From Antedon mediterranea (taxonomy: Eukaryota; Animalia; Echinodermata): 64,000 bases of DNA. Below are positions 1 through 13,000 of this stretch, one piece after another; positions within the stretch are counted from its first letter, which is position 1, and each line of letters starts with the position of its first letter. Location: contig NC_092672.1 of assembly GCF_964355755.1 (NCBI RefSeq), positions 33,672,437 through 33,736,436 on the forward strand, written 5' to 3'. The notes beneath the pieces are model-generated. The model saw only the letters and a program-made list of their open reading frames with translations, did not search any database and had not been told where the DNA came from. The translations under genes were made by a program, and so were the position numbers.

Positions 1-444
1 GAGTTAGTTTGGTCGGCGGTGCATTGCAGCAGTCAATGGTGCATAATTAGAGAGAGCCTAGCTCGCTGAATCTGTCAGCATACTGGCCTAGCTAGGGATT
101 CTTTGCCTAGCTAGGCCTAGCAACATGTATATTAGACGACAAGGCAGGCTAATGATGGAGACCTACTTTGTTTTGTCTTATTAAAATATTGTTTGTGGCG
201 TTGTGATGATGATGTATTTATACCAGGGCTACACGACCTAACTAACTAAAAAGGCTAGGACTATTTATCTATATTTAATTGGTTTAATTATTAAATTAAA
301 AGGAAGACTAGCCTAGACATAGCTATTATTTTATAGCCTTTCACGGCCCTTTCACGATTTAATTATTTGTTCTTGTCTTCAATTGATCAGGGAGATTTAT
401 TATAAATAAAATTTTTAAACATGTTGTTTGTTTTTTCCCAACAG

Positions 445-3400
445 AAATCTCAATCTGGGAAGAATGGAGCAGGAACAGGAACAGAAGGTACTGTACAAAC
501 AGGGAACTTTGTTGTTTAAATGAATAATAATGCTCAACATATGATATCGATAAGCCTAAATCATGCTAAGGCCAAGCATGGAATTATAAAATTTTATTTT
601 TTTTTGGGCCAAGGGCTTAGGTGTACATGTCAATCGTTTTAATCTCTGCCATATGTTTATTTACAATGTATAATTTCTTTCTATTTTTAGTCTTTGTCAT
701 TACATTTTTTATACTGAATCTAATTTAAAATCGTTGATATTTTAATTTGCTCAACTTTTCAGGTCCTGTACCTAGTGTTCCAAAAGACCAACCTACGTCA
801 TCAACCACAAGACAACCCCCTCAAGACATACAACCGGCTGACCCAAGTCAACACAAAGTGGTCATAAGCCAAAAACCAGTGGTCAGCAGGCAGACGCTTA
901 TTGTTAATGCCCCACCGTCTCGACAACAATCAAACATTCCTACAACACGAACGCCGATGTTTGTACGGGCTCCAGGGACGACAACTAGTGTTCCTATTAG
1001 CCATGTGTCAACAAGTAAACATGTTAGACCTATTCAAGTTCGACCCTTACAACCGAGTGATCTTCGTATGTTTAAGAGTTCTCAGATTATACGCAATCCT
1101 GTCCAGTCAACGTCGATGATTACTAACCCTCCGATTACTATACCGCACACCGCGAGACATCAAGTGATTTCTATGAATTCTCCACGTATACAAACTATTG
1201 TACGCTACCCCCACGGGAGAGCACCGCGCCCAACAGCAATCACATCATATCAACGACAAGTTATGCTAACCTCAAGTACTGGCAATCCACTTCCATCAAA
1301 TACTGTTAGAGGAAATCCTACAGTTGCTGTTGCCATTCCCATTCAAAGTCCTCCAACATCACACATAGCCTATCAAGTACCATCAACAGCTAGGCCTAAA
1401 CATGTTCGGGTTATGAAGTCACCTGTTCCACTGGCTAATTCAGTGCAGATTCGTCCAAGACATCTCCTTAGGCCCGTCAAACCGATAGGATATTCAAGCC
1501 CACGATCATCCGGATTTAGCCAGAATCTTGATCCCTTTATGGTTATTCGAACCACTCTACCCCCTACCAGAATGCCTACTGGAAATGTAGTTAGTACCCC
1601 TCATATTTTACATAATACACCTTCTTCAACGAGGCCTTCTACTTCCACCTCAATTCTTCAGAACAAGAACCGAGTGAAGGACTTACCGCATGCCATAGTC
1701 AAACCGCAAGTTTTAACTCACATAATTGATGGGTTCGTCATAGAGGAGGCCTCGGAACCATTTCCGGTAATTTTATTATGATTTCTTCTATAATTATTAA
1801 TAAACAATTCATATTTTCTTTGTCAAAAAGATGTACTTTACTGTATACACGTACCATTGCGTAAGAAGGATATGAATTATAAAATATATGAAATTGGTTT
1901 GTTCATAGTGTACTTTTAAAAGTTGATTAACTTAACTACACTATCTTAAATAGTGATGTTAATATTTCATGATAGTAATTTTGTCTTTTTAAAGATTACA
2001 AGATCTGCAATTGTTGAAGAAACTCTACCTGAAAAAACCTGCAAGACACAAAGCAATGGCCACACTGCAGTAGAAGGTAAAGTGCCTCTCTTTCCCCCCA
2101 TTTTCCGTTTTCCTTTTTAAACATGCCCATCATTCCGGCTTCTTGAATAATCCAACAGCGAGTAACTCGCCAATTACAGGATGGATAAACTATTTTATAA
2201 TTTATCATGCTTATAAACTAAGTCTCATTTGAGGCTTGGGGAGAGTGGAGTTACAACACTGGCACTAGGTCATGGTTGAACACTGGACCTTGGGATTTGA
2301 AGGCAAGAACGTTAACCACCAAGCTACATTACCACACTTGTAATGTACATTCACCTCCCTAAATCGGACACCCTTGTGTTTTCCTAAAAAGTGATGTCTG
2401 TTTCCTTTAAAATGTTGGCTTGTTCCTTTGTTGTTATGTTAATACACACCTGCTTACATCTACGTATACATGACAGTTGGGTTTTAACCCAGGTTAAACA
2501 AGAAATTTGTAAAAATAAATGTAAATAAATAAATTTTACACTTCAGAAAAAAAAGAAGATGATTTGTTGAAATGCGAGTTTTGCGGCAAGATGGATGCGC
2601 CAAATAAATTCAAGCGATCCAAGCGGTTCTGTTCAATGGCCTGTGCTAAACGGTACAACGTAGGCTGCAGCAAACGACTTGGCCTCTTCAAACCAAAGCG
2701 ATTGAATGTTGAAAGGCTGAAACACAATATGAAGATGAAGAAGCGAGCTGCCCCACTGAAGGGTGTTCGTGTGAAGCATGGCCGCTTGGCTTTTAATACT
2801 CAGCGTCCAGAAAAAGGCAAAGACGTAAGTAGTCAATAACATTCCAAATTTGCTGCAGATAGAAATGTTGAAATCTAAATGAAAGTTTCTGGAAAAGAAG
2901 CTAAAAAAATAACTTTTCTGTGCTCATGTACTGTAATGGAACTGTTGCTTCGTGGTTAACATGTTTGACTTCCAAGGTCCAGGGTTCAATTCTGACCTAG
3001 TGCCAGAGTTTTAATGGGAGAACTCCACTCTCCACGCCTCAAATGGCACATTAGAGTAAAATATATTTTATCCATCCTGTAATTTCCAAGTGAACTTGCA
3101 CGATGTTATATGTGTACATTTAAGATTTGATGTAGTGAATATTAATGATGGCCTGGGGCTAGATCAACAGTGTTGACACGACAAGCATAGCGTGAAGCCC
3201 TAATAATAACACTTTGACTTGTTTTCCAGCAGTTAGAGCATCTTGAGACTCCACAGCTGATAGCAGATGACATCGAGGAAGAAGATGAACTGGATGATGA
3301 TGAAGATCTTGACGAGGTTTGCAAACCTGAAGAACCCATGGATGTTGATGAAAGCTCAAACTCTGCTACATTATCAGAAGGCGCCATGAGTTCCTCAACT

Positions 3401-3727
3401 CCTTCTGAAGATGCCACCTTTTCTACACCCAGGAATGCTTCTCCGACAAGCGAGTTGGAACCAGCGGCGTATTCGGACAAAGAGGACATAGAAGAGGAAT
3501 CTGAACAACTGCCAACTCAACCGTCGCAATGGACTCCTCAACAGGTATCCAATTTTATCAATGCTATCCCAGGCTGCAAGGATTATGCTAATGAGTTCCT
3601 TGCGCAGGAGATTGATGGACAGGCTTTAATGCTTCTAAAAGAGGACCTTCTGATGACCGCCATGAACATGAAGCTAGGCCCAGCTTTGAAGATCATTAGC
3701 AAGATCCATTCTTTAAAAGACAAATGA
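445..3727 (+). CDS. PHC: Polyhomeotic-like protein (PRC1 subunit), 5'-incomplete; exons 445-487, 763-1766, 1995-2076, 2547-2824, 3230-3727
   Basis: HD1 motif KPQVLTHIIDGFVIEEASEPFP; FCS zinc finger CEFCGK...KRFCSMACAKRY; C-terminal SAM domain (W...V..FI...EIDGQALMLLKEDLLMTAMNMKLGPALKI). The GT-AG junctions keep the frame across all five exons. Confidence 0.93.
2140..2335 (-). mobile_element. tRNA-derived SINE, family A, copy 1 (PHC intron)
   Basis: Minus strand has a degenerate tRNA-like head (gtagcttggtggttaac...gtgttcaa). The body (gacctagtgc...ctcaaatg...tttatccatcctgtaatt) is shared with 2930-3100 and 41490-41692. Confidence 0.65.
2930..3100 (+). mobile_element. tRNA-derived SINE, family A, copy 2 (PHC intron)
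   Basis: gtggttaacatg...cagggttcaattc (B-box-like) followed by the same body as the other two copies. Confidence 0.6.
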
Positions 3728-6218
3728 AACATGTTTTCTTGCCATTTGTTTTGCTTCATGATAAAATAGCACAAAGTAACTTTGAAAAAAAACAAGAAGA
3801 CCAAAAAGCAGTATGGCTGCTTGCTTTATTTCTTAAAAAAAACAATGTTGTTGTAAATGTGTATGTTTGCATGTACTATTTTTGTATCAGTGTGCATTGT
3901 TTATATTTCTGTACTGGGTCTCTATTATTATTAATATTATTATTATTACTGTAAATATATATATTCTCTCTTTATTACTATTTAATTTATCATACTAGTT
4001 TGCTTTTGTTTGGGAAATATATGATATTAAGTATAATAACTGTAAACCACCCTGGTACTAAAGCGTGGTTCCCACTAGAACGCAACGCAGCGACAAATCG
4101 GCGCAAAGTGCTGTATTGCGAAATCACAAGTGGGAACCGACGACGCAACAGTGCTGCAAATAACGCCGGTTTGATTTCACACAGGTGGGGGAAAACAAAC
4201 AATTCATCGTCATAGCCCATAGTCATATTATTCTCAGTACCGCTTCCACGATAGGCCATTACTGAAACAAGTTGGAGTTGGCGACTGAAACAGTGCATGT
4301 ATTCTTGTATAGAGGTGCTCTTTTGACATGTACAAAAAACAAGTTCAGAATATTGAATACGGAATGACCGGCCCAGCAGCGGTTATTTGATTGTTATTGT
4401 TGTTGATATGTGAAAAAAAGTAGATTAGTTTGCGCTGCTTAGAATGCCTTGAGTGCTCGAATATTGTCACAATAAAATTGTAATAATTCCAATCCAGCTT
4501 GTTATATGTTTACGATACATTATTTCCAAAACTCCGCTAGGAATGAGAAGTAGAAAATTTAAATTGATATTTAAAACTATTCAATGTGAATGTATTAATT
4601 TGTTATGTCATCACTTGCCCAATAATTTCGAACTTCCCTCCCCCTTCTGATGTTGGTTGGTAGAATGCGATACACAAAAGCATCAGTTTTGATGTTATTT
4701 AAATTATAAACATTTCAACCAATAAGGTGATAGAAGGAGTGTTTGTGAGCTTTTTAACAAGAATCACCTAAACCAAATCCGACGGGCTCGTTGTTAAACA
4801 AGTGATTCGACGACGGCTGATCTGAGTGTTGCTACTTTTTTTAACGTCACAAAATAATTTGCTTGCTCTCCGTGAATATCGAGACCCTACAATTTTCAGT
4901 CACGCCCACAAGTTCCGAGAAAGACACCTGCTTATTTCAGATTCTAATTAGTTAGGGTGGTTAAAATCAGTACCGAAAGTATGAACCAACTTTATATATT
5001 ATATCGAGTAAAGATTCTAGAAAGAAGTTTGCCCTTACTGAATACGTATGAAACGCCATATGTGCAAAAATATTTATCTTTTTACTAAAATTAAGACAAA
5101 ACTCCATCTGGAACCAACCCAAACTATCCCTCCGTGAGTATCGAGACCACGCCCACAAGTTCCGAGAAACACACACTGCTTATTTCAGATTCTAATTAGT
5201 TCAGGGTAACATCAAGTGGTTAAAATCAGAACCAACTTTATATACATCATCGAGTAAAAATGATAGAACGTGGACGCGCGATTTACCGAATTTTGCCCTT
5301 ACGTAAATGTATATATGCAGCTAGGTCTATAGCAACAAGGCCTATCTTCTATCCACTATATTCATTTGAAATTGTAATGAGTTGCCTTAACAGATATAAC
5401 GACAATTTGTGGTTTATATGGCACAACTCTACACATACAGTAGACCAATGTAATGCGAATAATGTATTTTAATAACTATCAATAATACTCAATACAACAA
5501 CATTGGAATCAAAGCAAGAACGAACAAACATCGCCAGCGTACTAATTAATTGAATAAATGGTTTTTCAGAAACAATGCATATTCAAAATATCAATTATCA
5601 ATTATAGCAGTTATATTAGTGTAGAAATATTATAGGCCTACGTATGATCAATTAATCAATCAATTTTCAAAATAGCAGATAGAAAGAAATTCCAGATTTA
5701 AAAAAAAATACATCAGCTAGAGACTTATTCATATTATCAAATAGCAGTAAAATATCAAATGTTAAATATAGCATCTAATTCGTTTAGAAATTTCTATTTA
5801 TATAACATAAATCATTTCCAGAACCAAGTATATCAAATATAGCTAGCTATATAGCAGTGTAACAACAACATATTTACATAGGGGCCTTACTTATTATCAT
5901 CATACATTTTTCAGAGTACCTAATTTATGAAGCAAAGTTCGAGAAAGAAAATGATTAAGCTACTCAGTAGCAACAGACTTAAATTAAAAAATACTGAATA
6001 TAAATAGCTGATATATATAATTTTTGTAAGAAAAAGATTTATGTAAAGTAAATGTGCATTGGAATTATACTTTATTATCATTGGAATCATACACATGTGG
6101 GCAAGTTTTAAACATTTATTCATACTGTCAATTTAGGTTTTTTTATCTTAGAAATTAGAAATCAATAACATAATACCACAAAAGCTTTATGTAAAAAGAA
6201 AAACAGAAATCAGAGCCG

Positions 6219-7520
6219 TTAATCAAACGCATGAAGCTTGTAATCTCCTCTTTCAACAACAGAAAGGCGCCCAGATGGGGCCCGGTGATGGACATTTGCA
6301 TTTTTCCGTATGATGCCTACTGCCGCATAAGTGCAACCCGTCCGAAGATCAGCCGGCAAGAAATTGAAAATTTCTTCAGCTCCATAATTATTAGGAGGTT
6401 GAATTGGGTCGGGGAACAACGGAAATCTCCGTCGCCGATAAGCTAGAATTTCGACAGTGTTGAGGGCGTTTCTGGCGTACGATTGACTACTGCCTGGTTC
6501 TTCTTTAGAACAGCTTGCTACGACGGTGTTTCCGCCATGCTTGCGGAATGATTTATACCCGCCGCAAAATCTCACCCAATGATTATCTTCTCCGGAAATG
6601 TCATTGTAAACAACAATGTGCCAATGTCTCCAATCGTATTTTTCAGTGAGGAATGCATAAAATTTATCAGCAAAGTCACTGTTGCTTTTGCCATTTAACA
6701 ACGCCAAATTGTTATTTAAATCGGTTAGGAGCTGTTGTTTCCAAACATCTTTCACTCTTGTGTCTACGTCAATCATATGGTCAGCTAACTTTTTGATGTT
6801 GTCTTCCCAAAATGTTTTTTCATCTTCATATGCGGCATTATAATCTTTGACTTTCAGGTACGCTAGATGAACTTTGACACCCTGTAATATTAAGTTCATT
6901 ATTCCTTTCATAATTGTTTGAACTTTTCCTCGGTGCCTGTCTGTATATGTAATTGCTGTTTTCGGAATGTTATCTGACAAAGTAGATTCTTCCATCATAC
7001 CGCGCCCGATGATTAATATGGCGCTATCTATTTGGACTGAGTAAGCAGCGATAAATAATTCCTTCTGTCCTTCAATTGCATCAGTTGGAGCGTCGAGAAA
7101 CTGTTGTAGGCGATGAGACAAAGCATATATTTCGCCTTCATATTGTCCATACTGAGCTTTCAGAGATGTTTCTTGAATAAGATTTTTCACTTCTTGAAAC
7201 TTTGTAAACACTTTGTCGAATTTTTCGTCTATTTTTTGGAATTCGGTCTTCATTAATTTCAATTCAGCAGACGGAGAAGTTGGTAAAAATATAGAGACCA
7301 ACGCCATTACTGGCCCGATGGCACTTAAGAATGGTCCAATATTCTTGGTGAACTTGGCGATATCATTGCTAAACTGGCTGGACAAGTGTTCATCACTAAA
7401 AACGTTGACGATCTCATTTCCGGCTTCTACCCCAGCTCTGACCTTATCGATAACTTCTGCTTCATCCTCTCCGTAGATCGACGGAGTAAAAACCAAAATG
7501 CATAACAATGCAATATACAT
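6219..7520 (-). CDS. Secreted SE-cephalotoxin/rapunzel-like protein, paralog 1 (433 aa, single coding exon)
   Basis: ATG at 7520 lies just downstream of the splice acceptor ttttcag (exon starts 7539). Signal peptide MYIALLCILVFTPSIYG, hydrophobic hairpin IGPFLSAIGPVMALVSIFLP, SAELKLMKTEF coiled segment, and C-terminal KYDWRHWHIVVY...NHW...FRKHGGNTVVAS motif. The family is recognised from memory. Confidence 0.72.
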   Translation of the reverse strand: MYIALLCILVFTPSIYGEDEAEVIDKVRAGVEAGNEIVNVFSDEHLSSQFSNDIAKFTKNIGPFLSAIGPVMALVSIFLPTSPSAELKLMKTEFQKIDEKFDKVFTKFQEVKNLIQETSLKAQYGQYEGEIYALSHRLQQFLDAPTDAIEGQKELFIAAYSVQIDSAILIIGRGMMEESTLSDNIPKTAITYTDRHRGKVQTIMKGIMNLILQGVKVHLAYLKVKDYNAAYEDEKTFWEDNIKKLADHMIDVDTRVKDVWKQQLLTDLNNNLALLNGKSNSDFADKFYAFLTEKYDWRHWHIVVYNDISGEDNHWVRFCGGYKSFRKHGGNTVVASCSKEEPGSSQSYARNALNTVEILAYRRRRFPLFPDPIQPPNNYGAEEIFNFLPADLRTGCTYAAVGIIRKNANVHHRAPSGRLSVVERGDYKLHAFD

Positions 7521-8394
7521 GGTCAAATTCTTTCTGAGCCTGAAAAGACAAAAATATCATATAAAAGAGCTATAGGAAATCATTTTTAGATCTACATCTA
7601 AATAGAGATCAGGATTACCCTTTACACACCTATGTTTTCAACATGGTAATTTAACATAACAAATGATTAAAATGTTATAAACCAAAGAAATTGTTTCGGA
7701 AGAGACCAGGCGACGTCATCATGTATTAGAAACACAACATTACATAGGAAAACAAAAATCATCCTACGGAAAATAATTTTACTTTGATTAGTTGAGAAGC
7801 CATTGAGTATAGCCAATGTTCGTTTTGAAACTTGAAATAATGTTGTCCGTATTCTGAGCAGCAAAGTTATGGCGGAGCTGTCTATTTAGTATCAAATTGT
7901 TTAAACTATACATGTTTATAGTGACACTTTCTGAACATTTTGTTGAAACATGACCGGAAATTCCATTTTGTTACCATATATAATTGTCATACATAAAAAA
8001 AAAATTTTTTTTTACAAATTTTTTGGGGTTAGGCCCTATATTTTCATATTTTGACCTGACTAACATGTCTTTGTTAAAATGTGAGCGAACTTCTAGATAC
8101 ATCCAGAAACAAAAAAACAGCGAAAAATCTTGATGAGGAGAGCTAAGTTTTTCATTCAGCCGATTATCCGGACTTTATCTATTTCCGAAGTATCATAAGA
8201 ATTTGGTAATACATCACATGTGTTTCGCATGTATCTAGTAGCAACACGTACCCACTTGATACAGGCACCACATGTGATATAAATGTGATGCTGAAACTGT
8301 GGAACCTTTTGCTAGAAACTGTGAAGCTTTAAAATTCACTATAATCTTAATACTACATTACTCGTATTTGACCCCCATGCATATAAAGAAAAAA

Positions 8395-8635
8395 GGTATC
8401 GCAAAGTGTGACATGCAGTGTTACAAAGTGCGACTGTGCAATTTAAAGTGCGATAGATCAGTTATTACAAAGTGCGATCACTTTCACTACAAAGTGCAAA
8501 AGGAATACAAGCGCGAAAACTTTTTTAGAAAGTGCGATAGATATTTCAAAGTGCGAACACGTTATTAAAAAGTATTATAGGTACCTATTACAAAGTGGAA
8601 AGTGCGACAGCTATTACACAAAAGTTCGACATAAC
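8395..8635. repeat. MITE-like segment with repeated (tta)caaagtgcga motifs; also present in the paralog at about 31240-31478
   Basis: About ten aaagtgcga-type motifs, present in both duplicated copies, so the element predates the duplication. Confidence 0.5.
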
Positions 8636-8674
8636 AATTGGTTAGCCAATAATATGCTATATGTTATATAAATC

Positions 8675-9320
8675 TATTTATCCATGACTGGTCCTCTATT
8701 TTAGATAAAAGATCTCCACTCCATATTGATGCCATTTTTTTAGATATCTCGAAGGCCTTTGACCGGATGCCTCATGACATTCTCCTCAATAAGCTTTCCC
8801 GCAGCAATTTAACATTACTGGTGATATATGGTACTGGTTAAAGTCTTTTTTAATTAAAATATACCAAAAGGTTCAATTTAAAGGGTCTTCATCTAACTGG
8901 GTGGAGGTAACCAGTGGGGAACCTCAAGACAGTGTACTCGGTCCCATTCTTTTTAACTTTTTTATTAACGATATTATTTGTTCACTTAAATGTAAAACTG
9001 CTATTTTTGCTGATGATACTCTTATTTATAATGCAATTAACTCTCCTCAGGATTCTCTAAACCTTCAAGCTGATCTGGACCGACTCGGTCTGTGGAGCCA
9101 AGCAAATCGCATGCCTTTCAATGTTATGAAGACGAATGTCCTGCATGTCACACGTTCGCGTAACAGACAGTTGTCTAAATACCTTTTGTTTGGCTCTCAT
9201 ATTAGTCCGGTGACATCTTTTAAATACCTTGGTGTTACTTTTAACTCAAAATTGACCTGGGATGACCATGTCCATGTCATTGTTTCCAAAGCTAAACGTA
9301 TGTTGGACTTTGTTTGGAGA
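8675..9320 (+). mobile_element. Degenerate non-LTR (CR1/L2-group) reverse transcriptase fragment
   Basis: Motifs LDISKAFD, GEPQDSVLGPILF, IFADD and KYLGVTF, with frameshifts. Absent from the paralogous position, where 31515-32370 is a different sequence. Confidence 0.85.
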
Positions 9321-10058
9321 GCGAGCATATTTATATGATTGGAAAATGAAGATTGCTTTTGATTGGTGGAAAGCAAAGTATACATTTGGACAACAAACCA
9401 ATCACTCACGAGTTTGTTTTTTTTCAAAGGCGTTAAACACAGTTGTAGGCCTAAGTCACTAAAATTTATTTTTTAAGAAGCAAATTGAGGTTTTGATGAC
9501 TGTCAAAACGTAATTTGGTCAATGATCATTATTGGCGAAATTTCTAATTGATACTGTACACATTTTTTTGCTTGACTTGTTCGAGAGTTAACGTATCATT
9601 GTGCAATTCTTCCTTTTTAATATTGTATTTTTAATAGTTTTAATAATGTTATGATAAAATCTTTTAATCAGCTGTATGTATTATATATAACCACCATTCT
9701 CGTACGGTTCATGTCTAACAACAAGAAACTGCTGCGCTGTTCCATGTCAAGCGACCATAACAGGCCCATCCATATCACGCATGTGTCACTGTTGCATGTC
9801 CCAGTACTGTACTACTGTAAAACTTCATTCATCTAATGTGAAATTGTCCGCCGGCAACCAGAGTCGAGTCGTAGGCCCAACCAAACAATGGAACTCGCTC
9901 GCATTATAATTATAGACCTAGGTTATACAGTACTACGGTGACTACTTCTTCGCATGCAGCTAAAGTAAAATGACGTCACGTTAAAGTGGGTAGTCACAGA
10001 GTATCATGCATATTAATGAAGCAAACTTGCTGAGAGTGTTTTCCACCACACCACCACA

Positions 10059-13000
10059 TAGTTAGGGTTAAAAACGTCATTTTTTAACCAAACCTGGAAA
10101 AAATTATTTACAAAGGATTTTTATCATCAAACTTAACATATAAGTCCCAGGGGTCACCAAAAAAAAGTTCTAGTGATTTTCTCTATGGGGGAAGGAGTTA
10201 TGACCTTTTATATAAAGGTCAATCTATTTTTAGTAATGAGTTAGTACTTCATTAACCACACAGTGTAGATGCTTAATTTTAGTCTCAAATTGTTCGCAAT
10301 GTACAATTTCCTATTTGCAATAATGGAATATTTTTCTAAAAAATTACCAGCAATGCTATTTCTGACCTTTGACCTTTCTTGACCGGAAGTTTCATAGCTA
10401 CATAACTATTTGACCTAGAGAGTGGGTTTTGGTCTTAATTTGTTTATAATGTACAACTTTATATTTGCAGTAATGACACATTTTTCTATAAAGCAAGTAG
10501 AAATACCATTTATTGACCGTTGAACCCAATTAACCAATCTATATATAAATTATGGTAAATTATGGTTAATTCTGACATAGGCGAGCACAATGCAAAAACT
10601 TCGGTACAAATCTCCGCCTTGGATACCTACCTTATCTATCCGAGATGTACCGCGAAACGTAGATTTGATAACATTAGTGTTCACGCCGACGCTATTGTTC
10701 CATATTTATATCTTAGGAAGATATTATTATAAAGAGTTTTTTAACAACATTTATGATTTCAACATTAGATTTTCCTCTCAATTTCAATTCTTCCCGGTCA
10801 AAGTAATTTCCGGGTTTAAGATAAGTTCACCTTGCAACAACCTTAGTTTCAAATATTTTCTCTCTTTTAAACACAAGGGAGCAGTTAAAATAATAGATTT
10901 GACCCTAAAGGTGACTGGAAACAGGCACTTTCCATCAATCAATACAGTGTCCCTTAAGTTGGCCATTAATCATAGCCATTTCAGTTTTTTTGTTTATTTT
11001 AAAACATACCGCGCGTGTGTGAAGGTACAGTAGTTAAATAATAGGAATTATACTGCAAATTAATAAAGATCAAATTAAATATTCGCCATAAAGATCAGAA
11101 TATATTGTGGGGAATAGTATTATAAAATTACATAGGGAGATTTGAGGATAAGACATTTTTAGAGTGAAATCCCGATAGCTGAGTTTTATTGAGTAAGCTT
11201 GCAGGAATAACTGTAGGCTATCTTCCTGTGTCCCGTAAGGACCGAGATGTCTGCCCATGTTGCAAGCCGTAATGTCTTCTTTCTTGGGCCCACTCTGTCA
11301 CGGCAGTTAGTTTCAAAAGATGATTAAATTAAATAATGTATTAATAATTATTAGGATGGTATTCATTTGAATAAACGCCTCTCCAATAAAACATCACTTT
11401 GAATAATCCCCCCCCCCCTCCCGCCAACCCAACTATCTAATAAACGTCCATCCACATATTTATAACAACACAATTATACTATTTGTAGTAGAATTCACCG
11501 CACTGTTATCTACAATTTATCAAGCATTTGTTATTCTTTTTTAGCACTTTTCATATCTATTAGAGGATTTCATTTTATTATAAATGTTACCATATTATTA
11601 AAACTACAAAATGTAACATATATCCCTCGAATAAGCACCTCCCTCAAATGACCTCCGCCTCCCCAAAGGGCCCTACCAAACAATAAAAACTGTACTTTAA
11701 AATGTTATTAATCATCTAAAACACTGTGAAACAAAGTAGTTTAGTTTTACGAATGTCAAGCATTTTCAATAATGGTAACCGACAGAAAACGTATAAGGAG
11801 AACATTATCATTCCGAGAACCATCGTCTACACTTCCTAGAGGGGGAGCGAGCGAAGCGAGCTCACCCTCTAGGATTATTCAATTATTATTAATAATATAA
11901 TTCAAGTATTAACACCGCCACCACATGGCTGTACATAGGCTAAACTTTTTGACCAATCAGGAAGCGCCATCTAGCAGGATACATTTCAAATGTTTGTTAG
12001 AAAGAGTGCAGCAACAGCATATCAAATGCAATTTTGGTAAGCATAAATAGAATATTTGTTTATGTATAGAGAAGCAACACACATTAGACAAAGGCAGCAG
12101 TATATACCTTCAGACTATGTTGCAGCTGAAAAAAGATGATCCTGCCACATGGGCGATATTCTGCAATGGGGATCATACCATCAGATATAACGAAAAACAG
12201 TGGACAGGTGTATGGAGTGACATAGCAATTGAACAGACCCTTATGAGACATTCAAAATCACAGGGCGGTTTGTCTATGGGCCGGATGAGGGGTACTTCAA
12301 CTACAAGCGGAGCAACATACCTGCCTTGGGCACTGACTTTGAATCATGTTTCTGAGATCCATCACCTACTAGAAGACAAAGGAAACACTCCAAACCTGCC
12401 ACACAAAGAATGCTCACAAAGTGCAATGAAAATTGACACATCTACCTTCGGTCAAGTACTCAATTGGTTCAATGAACGTTCTCCATTTGAAGATCCACAG
12501 AATAGTAAAATCATCGTTTCACTGTCGACAGGTTTATCCACTGAATTCGTCAACGAAGTAAATTGTGACAATGGCTACAATATAGGTCTCACCATACAGA
12601 AACAAGTAGATGCTAAACCTCTGAATCACAGAATGTCTACACGAAACATTAAACCATTATCATGTCTACAAAAATGTTTACAAGACTTGTCTTTCTCAGA
12701 GAACGTGATAACTTTTCACTACGTGAAACATTAAAATATGAACTGACACCTCTACCAACATCCCTGTATGATACCTCTGAATTTTTACAGAAGCCTGACA
12801 AGGCGTCACTTGGGAACTATCTCAAAACCATATCTGAGTCAGCCAGTCTTCAAACATCAACAATCCAACCCAGTGTGTACGTTATAGATGGAGGATGGTT
12901 GATACATCAGATTCCATGGACTCCAAATTCAAAATTCCTAGATATAATTAAATCCTACAGTAATTATATCAAAAAGAATTTCCAGGCAGGAACAGTAGAA

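Noticed and set aside
464-487. ATG (MEQEQEQK) as the PHC start codon
   Set aside because: It is out of phase with the next exon; the in-frame reading is KSQSGKNGAGTGTEG, so the start lies upstream.
5260-5472. Small ORF conserved in both duplicated copies (also 27989-28243)
   Set aside because: The conservation simply reflects the recent duplication, and there are no recognisable motifs.
10537-11872. Helitron-like insert inside the AcademX remnant (atctatatataaa ... gcgagcgaagcgagc hairpin, ctag)
   Set aside because: Plausible, but the boundaries cannot be fixed and the 3' flank is not the expected T; too weak to annotate.
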